From positions 83,856 through 147,855 of the forward strand of contig CALVFK010000001.1 of the NCBI GenBank assembly GCA_944326805.1: a stretch of 64,000 bases of DNA, given 5' to 3'. Every line of letters starts with the position of its first letter. The stretch's first letter is position 1. Positions 53,279-62,873 of the stretch are shown in pieces. A program made the position numbers and the translations under genes. Source of the DNA: an uncultured Massilimicrobiota sp. GTDB taxonomy: Bacteria; Bacillota_I; Bacilli_A; Erysipelotrichales; Coprobacillaceae. Under the pieces are notes generated by a model. It was not told the DNA's origin. It ran no database searches and saw only the letters and a program-made list of their open reading frames with translations.

Positions 53279-53911
53279 TTAATGTATAAGATGTTTTTGA
53301 TGCTTTTTTATTAATAAAATATACGTACAAACAAAACCACCAATAAGTCCAGCCAAATGGCCAGAAAGAGAAATAGATGGTACAAGGAAAGAAATCGCAA
53401 GCATTAAAATAATATTTGGTGCCAACTGTTTAAAAATATCCATATAAATATATTTATAACGGATTGCTAATGCTCCTAAAGCACCAATCAATCCAAAAAT
53501 CACACCACTAATACCTCCACTGACAACATTGGCTCCATAACCAGTGATGAAATAAAATAAATAAGGTAAACCTGTTGTTGTTAAAGCACTGACTAAAATC
53601 AAAATCAGATATTTTTTTAAACCCAATGATTTTTCAATAAACAACCCCAGTCCATATAACGAATAGCAGTTCATTGCCAAATGAAGAATCCCAAAATGAA
53701 TAAAATTAGCAGATAAAAGACGATAGTATTCATTAGACAATTGTATATAAACAGGGTTGAACCCACCAAAATATAAACCTTCTAATGCATTCATTTCCTC
53801 ACCAAACAAAACAAAACTTATTCCATAAACCAATATACATAGACATATTAACGAAATGGTTATAGGAAATTTTTTATATTTCCATAAAAAACGATTCAAC
53901 ATACTACTCAT
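53279..53911 (-). CDS. Rhomboid intramembrane serine protease
   Basis: EYYRLLSANFIH...HLAMN, catalytic GISG and GHLAGLIGG. Confidence 0.92.
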   Translation of the reverse strand: MSSMLNRFLWKYKKFPITISLICLCILVYGISFVLFGEEMNALEGLYFGGFNPVYIQLSNEYYRLLSANFIHFGILHLAMNCYSLYGLGLFIEKSLGLKKYLILILVSALTTTGLPYLFYFITGYGANVVSGGISGVIFGLIGALGALAIRYKYIYMDIFKQLAPNIILMLAISFLVPSISLSGHLAGLIGGFVCTYILLIKKHQKHLIH

Positions 53912-54899
53912 CTAAAAACTCGAAAATAGACATCTGGTCTATCAGAATTTCTTCTGCCTCCTTTACAACTTCATTTTTTTCAATAATTTGATCAAGTGTT
54001 AATAACGATAAAATATCATCATAACTTATTTTTATAGCTCCCATTTCTAATAAACGAATATTTCCACTATAGCGACTATCATCTAAAACCATTTGTTTTG
54101 TCCAATGATAATGGAAATTTTGAATTGTTGTAAACCAGACAGCTCCACTATTAATATGCGTTGCTGTTATAATTTGAACATCACTCAAACCACACACATA
54201 AATATTACGATCCAAAGCATTTGTGACATTAAAATAAGCAAATGGATCCACAGCACTCAATAACAATAAACGGCCTTCTTTAATATGTTTAGAATAAGTC
54301 TTTTTCTTATCAAACATATGATCACTTACAAAACATATTGCTTTTCCACCTAAACCTAAAAATGTTTTTAAAGCATAAGCATCCGTACCCTTTGTACCAT
54401 TTGCAACCAGAACTTTTTCTTCATCATAAATCTTTGTCACAATATTTTTTGTATAAGTATTTAACTTCTTTTCAAGTTCCTGTGGTCCTACAACTGATAC
54501 CATATGATTGTCTACAATTGATAAATCTCCAACATAATATAAATATAACGGTGCCCTTTTTTTGAGTTTAGATGTTAAAACTTTCGGATAATTTTCTTCA
54601 TATTTTGTTGTCAAAGATATACCTTCATTTTCCAAATTAGCTAGAGCAAAAAGAAGATCATTAACCGTTTTTAAACGTGCCATCATCTTATAAGCAATAT
54701 ATTCTTCTATTCCTAATATATCAATCAATGTATCTTTATTCATACCAAATAACTTAGATGGCGTTTTTTTTGATGAACTTTTTAATTTTCGTTCAACAGT
54801 CAGCCATTCATCTTGTGTTAAAGGAGCTGTGTTATCTACAACTAAATCTCCACAAAATAAAAGAACAGCTAAGCTATCTAAATTCAACTGTATTTTCAT
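53904..54899 (-). CDS. Divergent DprA/Smf-like (SLOG-fold) protein with C-terminal clamp-binding-like motif
   Basis: YP..L..K...APLYLYYVGD, VVG, KG.D, RN.Y..GLSD, SG.W, GN.RL motifs; ends QMSIFEF. Confidence 0.75.
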   Translation of the reverse strand: MKIQLNLDSLAVLLFCGDLVVDNTAPLTQDEWLTVERKLKSSSKKTPSKLFGMNKDTLIDILGIEEYIAYKMMARLKTVNDLLFALANLENEGISLTTKYEENYPKVLTSKLKKRAPLYLYYVGDLSIVDNHMVSVVGPQELEKKLNTYTKNIVTKIYDEEKVLVANGTKGTDAYALKTFLGLGGKAICFVSDHMFDKKKTYSKHIKEGRLLLLSAVDPFAYFNVTNALDRNIYVCGLSDVQIITATHINSGAVWFTTIQNFHYHWTKQMVLDDSRYSGNIRLLEMGAIKISYDDILSLLTLDQIIEKNEVVKEAEEILIDQMSIFEFLDE

Positions 54900-54992
54900 A
54901 AAACCACCTGCACTTTGAAAACATTATACCATAGTTAAACACATCCGTCGATAAAAAAAGGTATGATAATCATCATACCCTTTATTAGAAAA

Positions 54993-57629
54993 TTATTCAA
55001 TTCCCATTTTTTCTTTAACAGCAGCTTGTGCAGCAGCTAAACGTGCTAATGGTACACGGAATGGAGAACATGAAACATAAGTTAATCCTAATTTATGACA
55101 GAATTCAACTGTAGTTGCTTCTCCACCATGTTCACCACAAATTCCAAGTTTGATGTCTGGACGTGTTTTCTTACCTTTTTCAATTGCAATTCTCATCAAT
55201 TCTCCAACACCTTCTTGGTCAACTTTAGCGAATGGATCAGATTCAAAAATTTGTTTACTATAGTAATCACCTAAGAATTTAGCAGCGTCATCACGGCTGA
55301 ATCCATAAGTCATCTGAGTTAAGTCATTTGTACCAAAGCTAAAGAATTCAGCTTCTTCAGCAATCTTATCAGCAGTTAAAGCAGCTCTAGGAATTTCAAT
55401 CATAGTTCCTACTTTATAAGGTAATTCTACACCTGCTTCAGCGATAATCTTATCTGCAGTGTCACAAACAACTTTCTTTACATATTTTAATTCATGAACA
55501 TCACCAACAAGTGGAATCATGATTTCAGGAACAACATTCTGTCCTTCTCTATTCACTGCAATAGCAGCTTCAATAACAGCTCTTGTTTGCATTTCAGCAA
55601 TTTCAGGATAAGTTACAGCTAAACGGCAACCTCTGTGTCCCATCATTGGGTTGAATTCTTTTAATGATTCAACACGTGCTTTTAAAGCCTCAAAAGTCAT
55701 TCCTAAGCTTTCAGCCAATGGTCTGATTTCTTCATCAGTATGTGGTAAGAATTCATGTAAAGGTGGATCCAAGAAACGAATAGTTACTGGATAAATTTCC
55801 ATAGCTTTAAATAATTCTTTAAAGTCACTTCTTTGATAAGGTAAAATCTTTTCAAGTGCTTCTCTTCTTGCTTCTTCAGTTTCAGCTGTAATCATACGTC
55901 TGAAGTTGAAAATTCTTTCTTCTTCAAAGAACATATGTTCTGTTCTACAAAGACCAATACCTTCTGCACCAAATTTACGAGCCTGTAAAGCATCTCTTGG
56001 TGTATCAGCATTTGTACGAACTTGTAATTTACGTACTTCATCAGCCCATTCCATGAATGTTTCAAAGTCACCACTAATTTCTGGTTCAACAGTTTTAATT
56101 TGTTCACCATAAACATTACCAGTGCTTCCATCTAATGACATATAGTCACCTTCATGATATTGTTTTCCATCTGGTGTTGTTAAGATTTTGTTTTCTTCAT
56201 CAATCTTTAATGAACCACATCCACATACACAGCAAGTTCCCATACCTCTGGCAACAACTGCAGCATGTGATGTCATACCACCACGAATTGTTAAAATACC
56301 ATGAGCAATATTCATACCTTCAATATCTTCAGGTGAAGTTTCAAGACGAACCAATAAGATATCTTGAACACCATTTTTTGATGCTTCGATAACATCTTCA
56401 GCAGTAAAATAAATACGTCCTGTTGCAGCACCAGGAGATGCAGCCAAACCAGTTGCGACAACATGTGCACAACGTAATGAAACATCATCAAAGTTTGGAT
56501 GTAATAATTGATCTAACTGTTTAGGTTCAACTTTTAATAAAGCTTCTTCTTTAGTAATCATACCTTCATTAACAAGATCAACAGCAATTTTTAAAGCAGC
56601 AGCAGCTGTTCTTTTTCCATTACGTGTCTGAAGCATGAATAATTTTCCATCTTCAATAGTAAATTCCATATCTTGCATATCTTTGTAATGATCTTCAAGA
56701 ATTTTATTAATTTTTACAAACTGATCATAACAATCAGGCATAACTTCTTTTAAAGTATCAATTGTTTGAGGTGTACGAATACCGGCAACAACGTCTTCAC
56801 CTTGAGCGTTCATCAAGTATTCACCATATAATTTCTTTTCTCCTGTAGCAGGGTTTCTTGTAAAGGCAACACCTGTACCAGAAGTTTCACCACGGTTACC
56901 ATAGACCATTTCCTGAACGTTAACAGCTGTTCCCCAGCTTCCAGGAATATCATTTAAACGTCTATAAGTAATCGCACGATCATTGTTCCATGATCTAAAC
57001 ACTGCTTTAATAGCTTCCATCATTTGCACTTTTGGATCTTGAGGGAAATCTACACCAGCGTGTTTTTTATATTCTTCCTTATAAATTTCAACAACTTCTT
57101 TTAAATCATCAGCTGTTAAATCTGTATCAAACTCAACACCTTTTTCTTCTTTCACCTTATCAAACATATGTTCGAATGAGCTTTTTGGGAATCCCATAAC
57201 AACATCAGCAAACATTTGAATAAAACGACGATAGCTATCATAAACAAAACGAGGATTTTGAGTCGCTTCTGTAAATCCTTTAGCTACTTCATCATTCATT
57301 CCTAAATTTAAAACTGTATCCATCATACCAGGCATAGAAGCTCTTGCTCCAGAACGTACAGAAACAAGTAATGGATTATGTGCATCACCCATTGTTTTTC
57401 CTGTAATTTTTTCTAATTCAGCAAGTTTTTCATAAACTTGGTCTTCAATTTCTTTAGCAATCACTTTCCCGTCTTCATAATATCTAGTGCAGGCTTCTGT
57501 TGTCACAGTAAATCCTTGAGGTACAGGCAAACCAATATTTGTCATTTCAGCTAAGTTAGCCCCTTTACCACCAAGTAAGTTACGCATGTCTTTATTTCCT
57601 TCACTAAATAAGTAGACATATTTTTTCAT
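54993..57629 (-). CDS. ppdK: Pyruvate, phosphate dikinase
   Basis: LLGGKGANLAEM, SMPGMMDT, GGMTSHAAVVARG, GICGEHGG; start moved to ATG 57629. Confidence 0.98.
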   Translation of the reverse strand: MKKYVYLFSEGNKDMRNLLGGKGANLAEMTNIGLPVPQGFTVTTEACTRYYEDGKVIAKEIEDQVYEKLAELEKITGKTMGDAHNPLLVSVRSGARASMPGMMDTVLNLGMNDEVAKGFTEATQNPRFVYDSYRRFIQMFADVVMGFPKSSFEHMFDKVKEEKGVEFDTDLTADDLKEVVEIYKEEYKKHAGVDFPQDPKVQMMEAIKAVFRSWNNDRAITYRRLNDIPGSWGTAVNVQEMVYGNRGETSGTGVAFTRNPATGEKKLYGEYLMNAQGEDVVAGIRTPQTIDTLKEVMPDCYDQFVKINKILEDHYKDMQDMEFTIEDGKLFMLQTRNGKRTAAAALKIAVDLVNEGMITKEEALLKVEPKQLDQLLHPNFDDVSLRCAHVVATGLAASPGAATGRIYFTAEDVIEASKNGVQDILLVRLETSPEDIEGMNIAHGILTIRGGMTSHAAVVARGMGTCCVCGCGSLKIDEENKILTTPDGKQYHEGDYMSLDGSTGNVYGEQIKTVEPEISGDFETFMEWADEVRKLQVRTNADTPRDALQARKFGAEGIGLCRTEHMFFEEERIFNFRRMITAETEEARREALEKILPYQRSDFKELFKAMEIYPVTIRFLDPPLHEFLPHTDEEIRPLAESLGMTFEALKARVESLKEFNPMMGHRGCRLAVTYPEIAEMQTRAVIEAAIAVNREGQNVVPEIMIPLVGDVHELKYVKKVVCDTADKIIAEAGVELPYKVGTMIEIPRAALTADKIAEEAEFFSFGTNDLTQMTYGFSRDDAAKFLGDYYSKQIFESDPFAKVDQEGVGELMRIAIEKGKKTRPDIKLGICGEHGGEATTVEFCHKLGLTYVSCSPFRVPLARLAAAQAAVKEKMGIE

Positions 57630-57670
57630 ATAACTTCCTCCTTTGTTACTACTTTTCATATTATACACTA

Positions 57671-57684
57671 TGTTAGTGCTTACA
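57671..57684. promoter_or_regulatory. cre-like operator within the ppdK promoter
   Basis: TGTAAGCACTAACA (one mismatch to consensus) spanning the spacer of TTGAAT-18-TATAAT. Confidence 0.6.
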
Positions 57685-57783
57685 TTCAATAAAAAAATGA
57701 CGGAATTTAAAAAAAGTGAAGAATCCATTTTCATGAATTTCTTCACTCTATTCCAAATTTACTTGACCTCATCATTTCTTTTT

Positions 57784-59346
57784 TCATTCTTCCTGAGCCA
57801 ATTCTAAACGTACGCGTCTTCCCTTTATTTTTTGATTATAACAATAATCTAATACCTTTTGAGAAGCTTCAGGCGTTAAATTAACAAAACTGAATTTTCT
57901 TTTAATAGTAATTTCACCAATATCCTTTTTCGAGATTTGAGCATAACGCAAAAAGAAATCAATAATATCTTTAACACTAACCTTATCCATTGAACCTACA
58001 CTCATAAAAAGACGCTGTTCATCTTTATGTATATCCTTAATATCTTGATAATCATAACCGATACGTTTTGAATAACACATTGCTAGCAGTGCAGCCATTA
58101 CATCATTTTTCATGTGCCCTGGGATATCTTTCACAATTTTCTTAAACGGTTCCAAATTTCCTTTCAGAACAGTTTCTTGAACATCAAATAAAAGTTCTTT
58201 TATTTTCTGATCAAAAATATCTTCAATAGCAGGTATTTCCAATTTTTCAATATGACTCTTAGTATGTTTTTCAATCGCTTTTAAGAAATTCTTTTCACGA
58301 GCTGTCACAATTGAATAAGCTTCCCCTTTTTTGTTAGCTCGCCCGGTTCTTCCAATACGATGAATATAAAGTTCTTCCTCTTGAGGCAACTCATAATTAA
58401 TGACATGTGAAATATTATCCACATCAATCCCTCTTGCAGCCACATCTGTCGCAACCAGATATTGAATCTGTCCATTTTTAAATCTTCTTAATGTATTCAT
58501 TCTTTGATTCTGTGATAAATCCCCGTGCATAGCTTCTACATTATAATGTTTTTGTTGCATAGCTGCGACAACTTCATCAACTGAACGTTTTGTTTTACAA
58601 AAGATGATGGCATTATCCATTTCACGAGAATCTAAAATACGGCACAATACTTCAAAACGACGATTTAATTTTGTTTCAAAATAATATTGTGAAACAGTTG
58701 TAGCTGTCATTGTCTTAGCTTTAATCTGAATATGCTGATAGTCTTCTTTCATATAGAAACTTGCAATTTTTTTTATATCAGCTGGCATCGTTGCTGAAAA
58801 CAACACGGTATGTCTTTGCTCTGGAACGGTCTGCAAAATTGTTTCAATATCATCAATAAATCCCATATTTAACATTTCATCTGCTTCATCCAAAACAAGC
58901 CAGTTGACATGATCCAAACGTAATGCTTTACGACGCATCAAATCCAGCACACGACCCGGTGTTCCTACAACAATATCGGCTCCTTTTTTTAAAGCACGAA
59001 TCTGCTTTTCAATTTCACTTCCACCATAAACACTCACAATTGATAAACGTGTATATTTCCCAATACGTCTTAATTCTTCATCAATTTGTAGAGCCAATTC
59101 ACGTGTTGGTGATAAAATTAATGCTTGAACACCTTGTTGACTTTTTTCAATACATGAAAGCAAAACACTACCAAAAGCCAATGTTTTTCCTGTTCCCGTT
59201 TGTGCCTGTCCAATAATATCTTTTCCCTCTAATAAAACAGGTATGGCTTTTTCTTGAATCGGTGAAGGCATCACATATCCCATCATTTCAATTCCCTGTA
59301 AAACCAGTTTTGATAATCCTAAATCATAAAAAGTTTTTTGTTGCAT
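57784..59346 (-). CDS. DEAD-box RNA helicase with DbpA-type RNA-binding C-domain (CshA/DeaD-like)
   Basis: Q motif, AQTGTGKT, PTRELA, DEAD, SAT, HRIGRTGR. Confidence 0.93.
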   Translation of the reverse strand: MQQKTFYDLGLSKLVLQGIEMMGYVMPSPIQEKAIPVLLEGKDIIGQAQTGTGKTLAFGSVLLSCIEKSQQGVQALILSPTRELALQIDEELRRIGKYTRLSIVSVYGGSEIEKQIRALKKGADIVVGTPGRVLDLMRRKALRLDHVNWLVLDEADEMLNMGFIDDIETILQTVPEQRHTVLFSATMPADIKKIASFYMKEDYQHIQIKAKTMTATTVSQYYFETKLNRRFEVLCRILDSREMDNAIIFCKTKRSVDEVVAAMQQKHYNVEAMHGDLSQNQRMNTLRRFKNGQIQYLVATDVAARGIDVDNISHVINYELPQEEELYIHRIGRTGRANKKGEAYSIVTAREKNFLKAIEKHTKSHIEKLEIPAIEDIFDQKIKELLFDVQETVLKGNLEPFKKIVKDIPGHMKNDVMAALLAMCYSKRIGYDYQDIKDIHKDEQRLFMSVGSMDKVSVKDIIDFFLRYAQISKKDIGEITIKRKFSFVNLTPEASQKVLDYCYNQKIKGRRVRLELAQEE

Positions 59347-59483
59347 ATAAACCTCTCTTTCATCTACTTTTACATTCACCTTCATTCGACAAAATCAAGG
59401 TCAATGTCATTCAAAAGAAAAGTCAGGAAAAGATTTTCCCGACCGACTTTCCTAATGGATAATATCATACTCTTTATAAAAAC

Positions 59484-61088
59484 TCAACTCTTTCTTACAT
59501 TTTTTTGATGTTGTAAAATATATGGTCTAACTTGTGCCAGAAAATAAAGAGAACCTGTAATAAAAACAACACCTTGATGTAAAAAGGCTTCATCAATTGC
59601 CTGATGCCAATCTTTTTGAATTTTAACCGGAAAATCTTCAGCGAGTTTTTCAACCGTCTGAGCACGATAAAAATCAAATTCACAAACAGTAATATCATCT
59701 GTCAATTTAAGCAGACATTCCATCATAGCATGAGTGTCTTTATCTTTTAAAGCACTGAAAATAATTTTAATATTTTTATATTTACATGCTGATTGATAAA
59801 ATGCTTCCATTCCTTCTAGATTATGAGCACCATCAATAATCATCAATGGATATTGACTTACAATTTCAAAACGCCCTGCCCAGATGGCTTCTTTTAAACC
59901 ATCCAACAACTGTTGATCATTAAAAGTCAAATAACCATATTCTTTTAAATATAATAAGATTTCAATTGCTAAAGCACTATTTTGACATTGATAAATGGCA
60001 CTTGTCTGTAGAGTGATATGATATTGACGATAATCATATGTCAGATATTCTCCATGATCTTGAATATTTTGAATGTCCTGTACTTGAATCAATGGACTAT
60101 GATGTAGCTGACAAATTTCTTTAAAAACATCTAAGCAGACTTGTTTTTTTTCACCTGTAATATATGGAATCCCTTCTTTAACAATCCCTGCTTTTGTACG
60201 AGCAATTTTTTCATAAGTATCACCAAGATATTCAATATGATCCAAACCAATATTTGTATTGGCACAAATCATAGGATGAATGATATTTGTTGCATCTAAT
60301 TCACCACCTAGTCCAACTTCAAAAATCGCAAAATCTACACGATGTTTAATAAAAAACATAATCGCAATAAAAACTTCTATTTCAAACATGGACAGTTCAT
60401 ACTGCAACCATAAATCCATATATCTATTCGCATAAATCATCATTTCATCTTCTTGAATATGCTGATTATTAATACGCATGATTTCTAATCTTGTCACAAG
60501 CACCGGTGATGTGAAAGTTGCAACCTTATATCCTGCCTTTTGTAATACTGATCGAATATAATTTGTTGTGGACCCTTTCCCATTTGTTCCACCTATATGA
60601 ATAGATTTTAATAATGTCTGAGGATTACCCATATCATTCATAAAGCGTTTAAAATTATCCAAAGCGTAAACACGTTGTTTTTGACTGGCAATAAAATCAT
60701 GAACCTGCCCATAAGAAGTAAAACGCTTATGAACAGAGTGATGATAAATCCATCGCTTTAAATCTATTTGTTTTATTAATCCTAAATCTACACAGACATC
60801 ACCCCATTGTTTTGAAACTGATACGTATAAATCATCCTGCGTTAATGTCAGACTCATACGAATTAACTTTGAAGCAATCTCTTTTTGATAATCATTTTTT
60901 TCAACCCAAAGATAAACAATTTCTTGAAAATGAGAAATTCCAATAGCTCCAATTATATTATCTTCAAATGCCCCAATAAAAAATAGATTTTTCTGATAAG
61001 AATCCATCAACATATCTGATACGATTTGATCATCTATTCCTTTTATAGCTTCTTTAATTTCATGTCCTCTTAATATTCTTAATTCCAC
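59484..61088 (-). CDS. folC: Folylpolyglutamate synthase/dihydrofolate synthase with N-terminal GNAT-like extension
   Basis: HIGGTNGKGST, EVGLGG.LDATN, DH...LG, DGAHN, TGSLYF; about 120 extra N-terminal residues; GTG start behind AAGGAG. Confidence 0.88.
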   Translation of the reverse strand: MELRILRGHEIKEAIKGIDDQIVSDMLMDSYQKNLFFIGAFEDNIIGAIGISHFQEIVYLWVEKNDYQKEIASKLIRMSLTLTQDDLYVSVSKQWGDVCVDLGLIKQIDLKRWIYHHSVHKRFTSYGQVHDFIASQKQRVYALDNFKRFMNDMGNPQTLLKSIHIGGTNGKGSTTNYIRSVLQKAGYKVATFTSPVLVTRLEIMRINNQHIQEDEMMIYANRYMDLWLQYELSMFEIEVFIAIMFFIKHRVDFAIFEVGLGGELDATNIIHPMICANTNIGLDHIEYLGDTYEKIARTKAGIVKEGIPYITGEKKQVCLDVFKEICQLHHSPLIQVQDIQNIQDHGEYLTYDYRQYHITLQTSAIYQCQNSALAIEILLYLKEYGYLTFNDQQLLDGLKEAIWAGRFEIVSQYPLMIIDGAHNLEGMEAFYQSACKYKNIKIIFSALKDKDTHAMMECLLKLTDDITVCEFDFYRAQTVEKLAEDFPVKIQKDWHQAIDEAFLHQGVVFITGSLYFLAQVRPYILQHQKNVRKS

Positions 61089-61129
61089 TTTATACTCCTT
61101 TACAAATAAAAAACAGCCAAAGCTGTTTT

Positions 61130-61456
61130 TTAAATTTTTTCAAAACGATCAACGTCTACAACAAAAACAGTTGCTCCACCAACAAGTACATCTACCATGA
61201 TTGGTGTAAAGAATTCTCCCATTTCAGTAGGTGGAACTGTTGGTTCTTTTTCCACACGTTTTCTTGCATGAGCTTTAATAATCTCAAGTGCTGGATCTAC
61301 CTTATCATCATTTGTTCCAATAAAGAAAGTTGTATTCCCTTTCTTTAAAAAACCACCAGATGTCGCTAACTTCGTTACAAAGAAACCACCTTCAGTTAAT
61401 GCTGTTTGAACTGAATTACTATCATCATTATTAACAATTGCTATTATGAGTTTCAT
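61130..61456 (-). CDS. darA: c-di-AMP receptor DarA/PstA (PII-like, DUF970)
   Basis: MKLIIAIV..DD, TKLATSGGFLKKGNTT, VGGATVFV; promoter TTGTAC-17-TAAGAT. Confidence 0.93.
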   Translation of the reverse strand: MKLIIAIVNNDDSNSVQTALTEGGFFVTKLATSGGFLKKGNTTFFIGTNDDKVDPALEIIKAHARKRVEKEPTVPPTEMGEFFTPIMVDVLVGGATVFVVDVDRFEKI

Positions 61457-61682
61457 AGTCTTGCTCCTTTCTTTCTTCTATCTTATCACTTTTTTGAGAT
61501 AAGTACAATTTTTTTAATTGTCTTCTCACATTTCTCATGTTTTTTCAAAATATATAAACAAAAGTCACTAATAATTAATATCTTTCAAATATCAGTTAAA
61601 GAAGTTTCTTTTAAACTTTCACATTCTACTTATCACATGCTTTTCATTTTTAGATATTTTATAGTATAATACGCATGGTGAT

Positions 61683-62711
61683 TTGATGCAAAAGAATATA
61701 CAAAACAATTTAATAACATGGTACAACAAAAACCATCGGCATTTTCCTTGGCGTGAAACAAAGAATCCTTATTATATCTGGATTAGTGAGATTATGTTAC
61801 AGCAAACAACAACTGAAGCTGTGATTCCATATTATACACGCTTTATTGAAACATTTGATACAATAGATAAACTTGCGAAGGCATCACTGGAAGATGTCTA
61901 TAAATTATGGGAAGGACTTGGTTATTATCGTCGTGCTAAACATATTCATGAAACAGCACAATTCATTTGTGAAAACTTTCAAGGACAATTTCCTACCACC
62001 TATAAAGATATTTTAAATTTAAAAGGAATTGGACCTTATACTGCTGGAGCAATCTGTTCTATTGCTTATGACATGTCTACACCAGCCATTGATGGCAACG
62101 TTTTAAGAATCATCTCACGATTATATGCTTTAACAGATAATATTGCTCTTACAAAAACGCAAAAAAAGATTTCGCAAATCGTAAGCGAATTATTGATTGG
62201 CTATGATGCTTCATCTTTTAATCAAGGATTAATGGATCTAGGTGCAACAATTTGTCGTCCTCTCAATCCTCAATGCCAAAACTGTCCCATTGCCTCTTTT
62301 TGTAAAGCAAAGGAAATAGGACAACAAAAAGTATTACCCATCTCTATCAAAAATATAAAACACAAAGAACTGAATTACATAACAGGAATTATCACATATC
62401 AAGATCAGTATCTTATGATTCAAAATCCAGCTGGATTATTGGAAAATTTATATGGTTTTATTCAATATGAATTAGAAAGTCCTTATCGCTTCATAGAAGA
62501 ATTTGAAAAACAATATCGTCGTCCTTTATCACTAGTTTCCTATCATGGACAAGTCAAACATGTTTTTACCCATCGTACTTGGCATATGCATATTTATCAT
62601 TTTACTCTTTCTCGTCCTTATGATGCGATGTATCATTTAGAAGACATTTCTCAGATTCCTGTTTCTACTGCTCATTTAAAAGTTTTAAAACAGTATCTTA
62701 AACAAAAATAA
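61683..62711 (+). CDS. mutY: A/G-specific adenine DNA glycosylase
   Basis: WISEIMLQQT, WEGLGYY, GIGPYTAGA, DGNV.R, CRPLNPQCQNCPIASFC FeS motif. Confidence 0.96.
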   Translation: MMQKNIQNNLITWYNKNHRHFPWRETKNPYYIWISEIMLQQTTTEAVIPYYTRFIETFDTIDKLAKASLEDVYKLWEGLGYYRRAKHIHETAQFICENFQGQFPTTYKDILNLKGIGPYTAGAICSIAYDMSTPAIDGNVLRIISRLYALTDNIALTKTQKKISQIVSELLIGYDASSFNQGLMDLGATICRPLNPQCQNCPIASFCKAKEIGQQKVLPISIKNIKHKELNYITGIITYQDQYLMIQNPAGLLENLYGFIQYELESPYRFIEEFEKQYRRPLSLVSYHGQVKHVFTHRTWHMHIYHFTLSRPYDAMYHLEDISQIPVSTAHLKVLKQYLKQK

Positions 62712-62873
62712 AAGTGGAAAATCCCACTTTTTTAAATATTCAAATTTCACATTTTCTTTGATAAATAAAAGAAAAGACATAAGACTTTCCTAAAAATCAC
62801 AATAGGATTCATCTTATTAAATGTTGAGTAGATGTTATAAGTCACATTATTTCAATAACATCATCAACATTTT

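Noticed and set aside
57630-57746. N-terminal extensions given by the ORF track for ppdK, infB, pyrH, rpsB, maf and spoVID
   Set aside because: Downstream ATGs have proper RBSs and match family N-termini; the extensions overlap promoters or neighbouring genes
59385-59391. Spo0A box (TGTCGAA) upstream of the DEAD-box helicase; the same heptamer occurs at the minD and pnp starts
   Set aside because: Single 7-mers are expected by chance in 64 kb and two of them are explained by coding sequence
61457-61682. c-di-AMP (ydaO) riboswitch or TCACAT direct-repeat operator between darA and mutY
   Set aside because: No ydaO core motifs; repeats are short and irregularly spaced in AT-rich DNA
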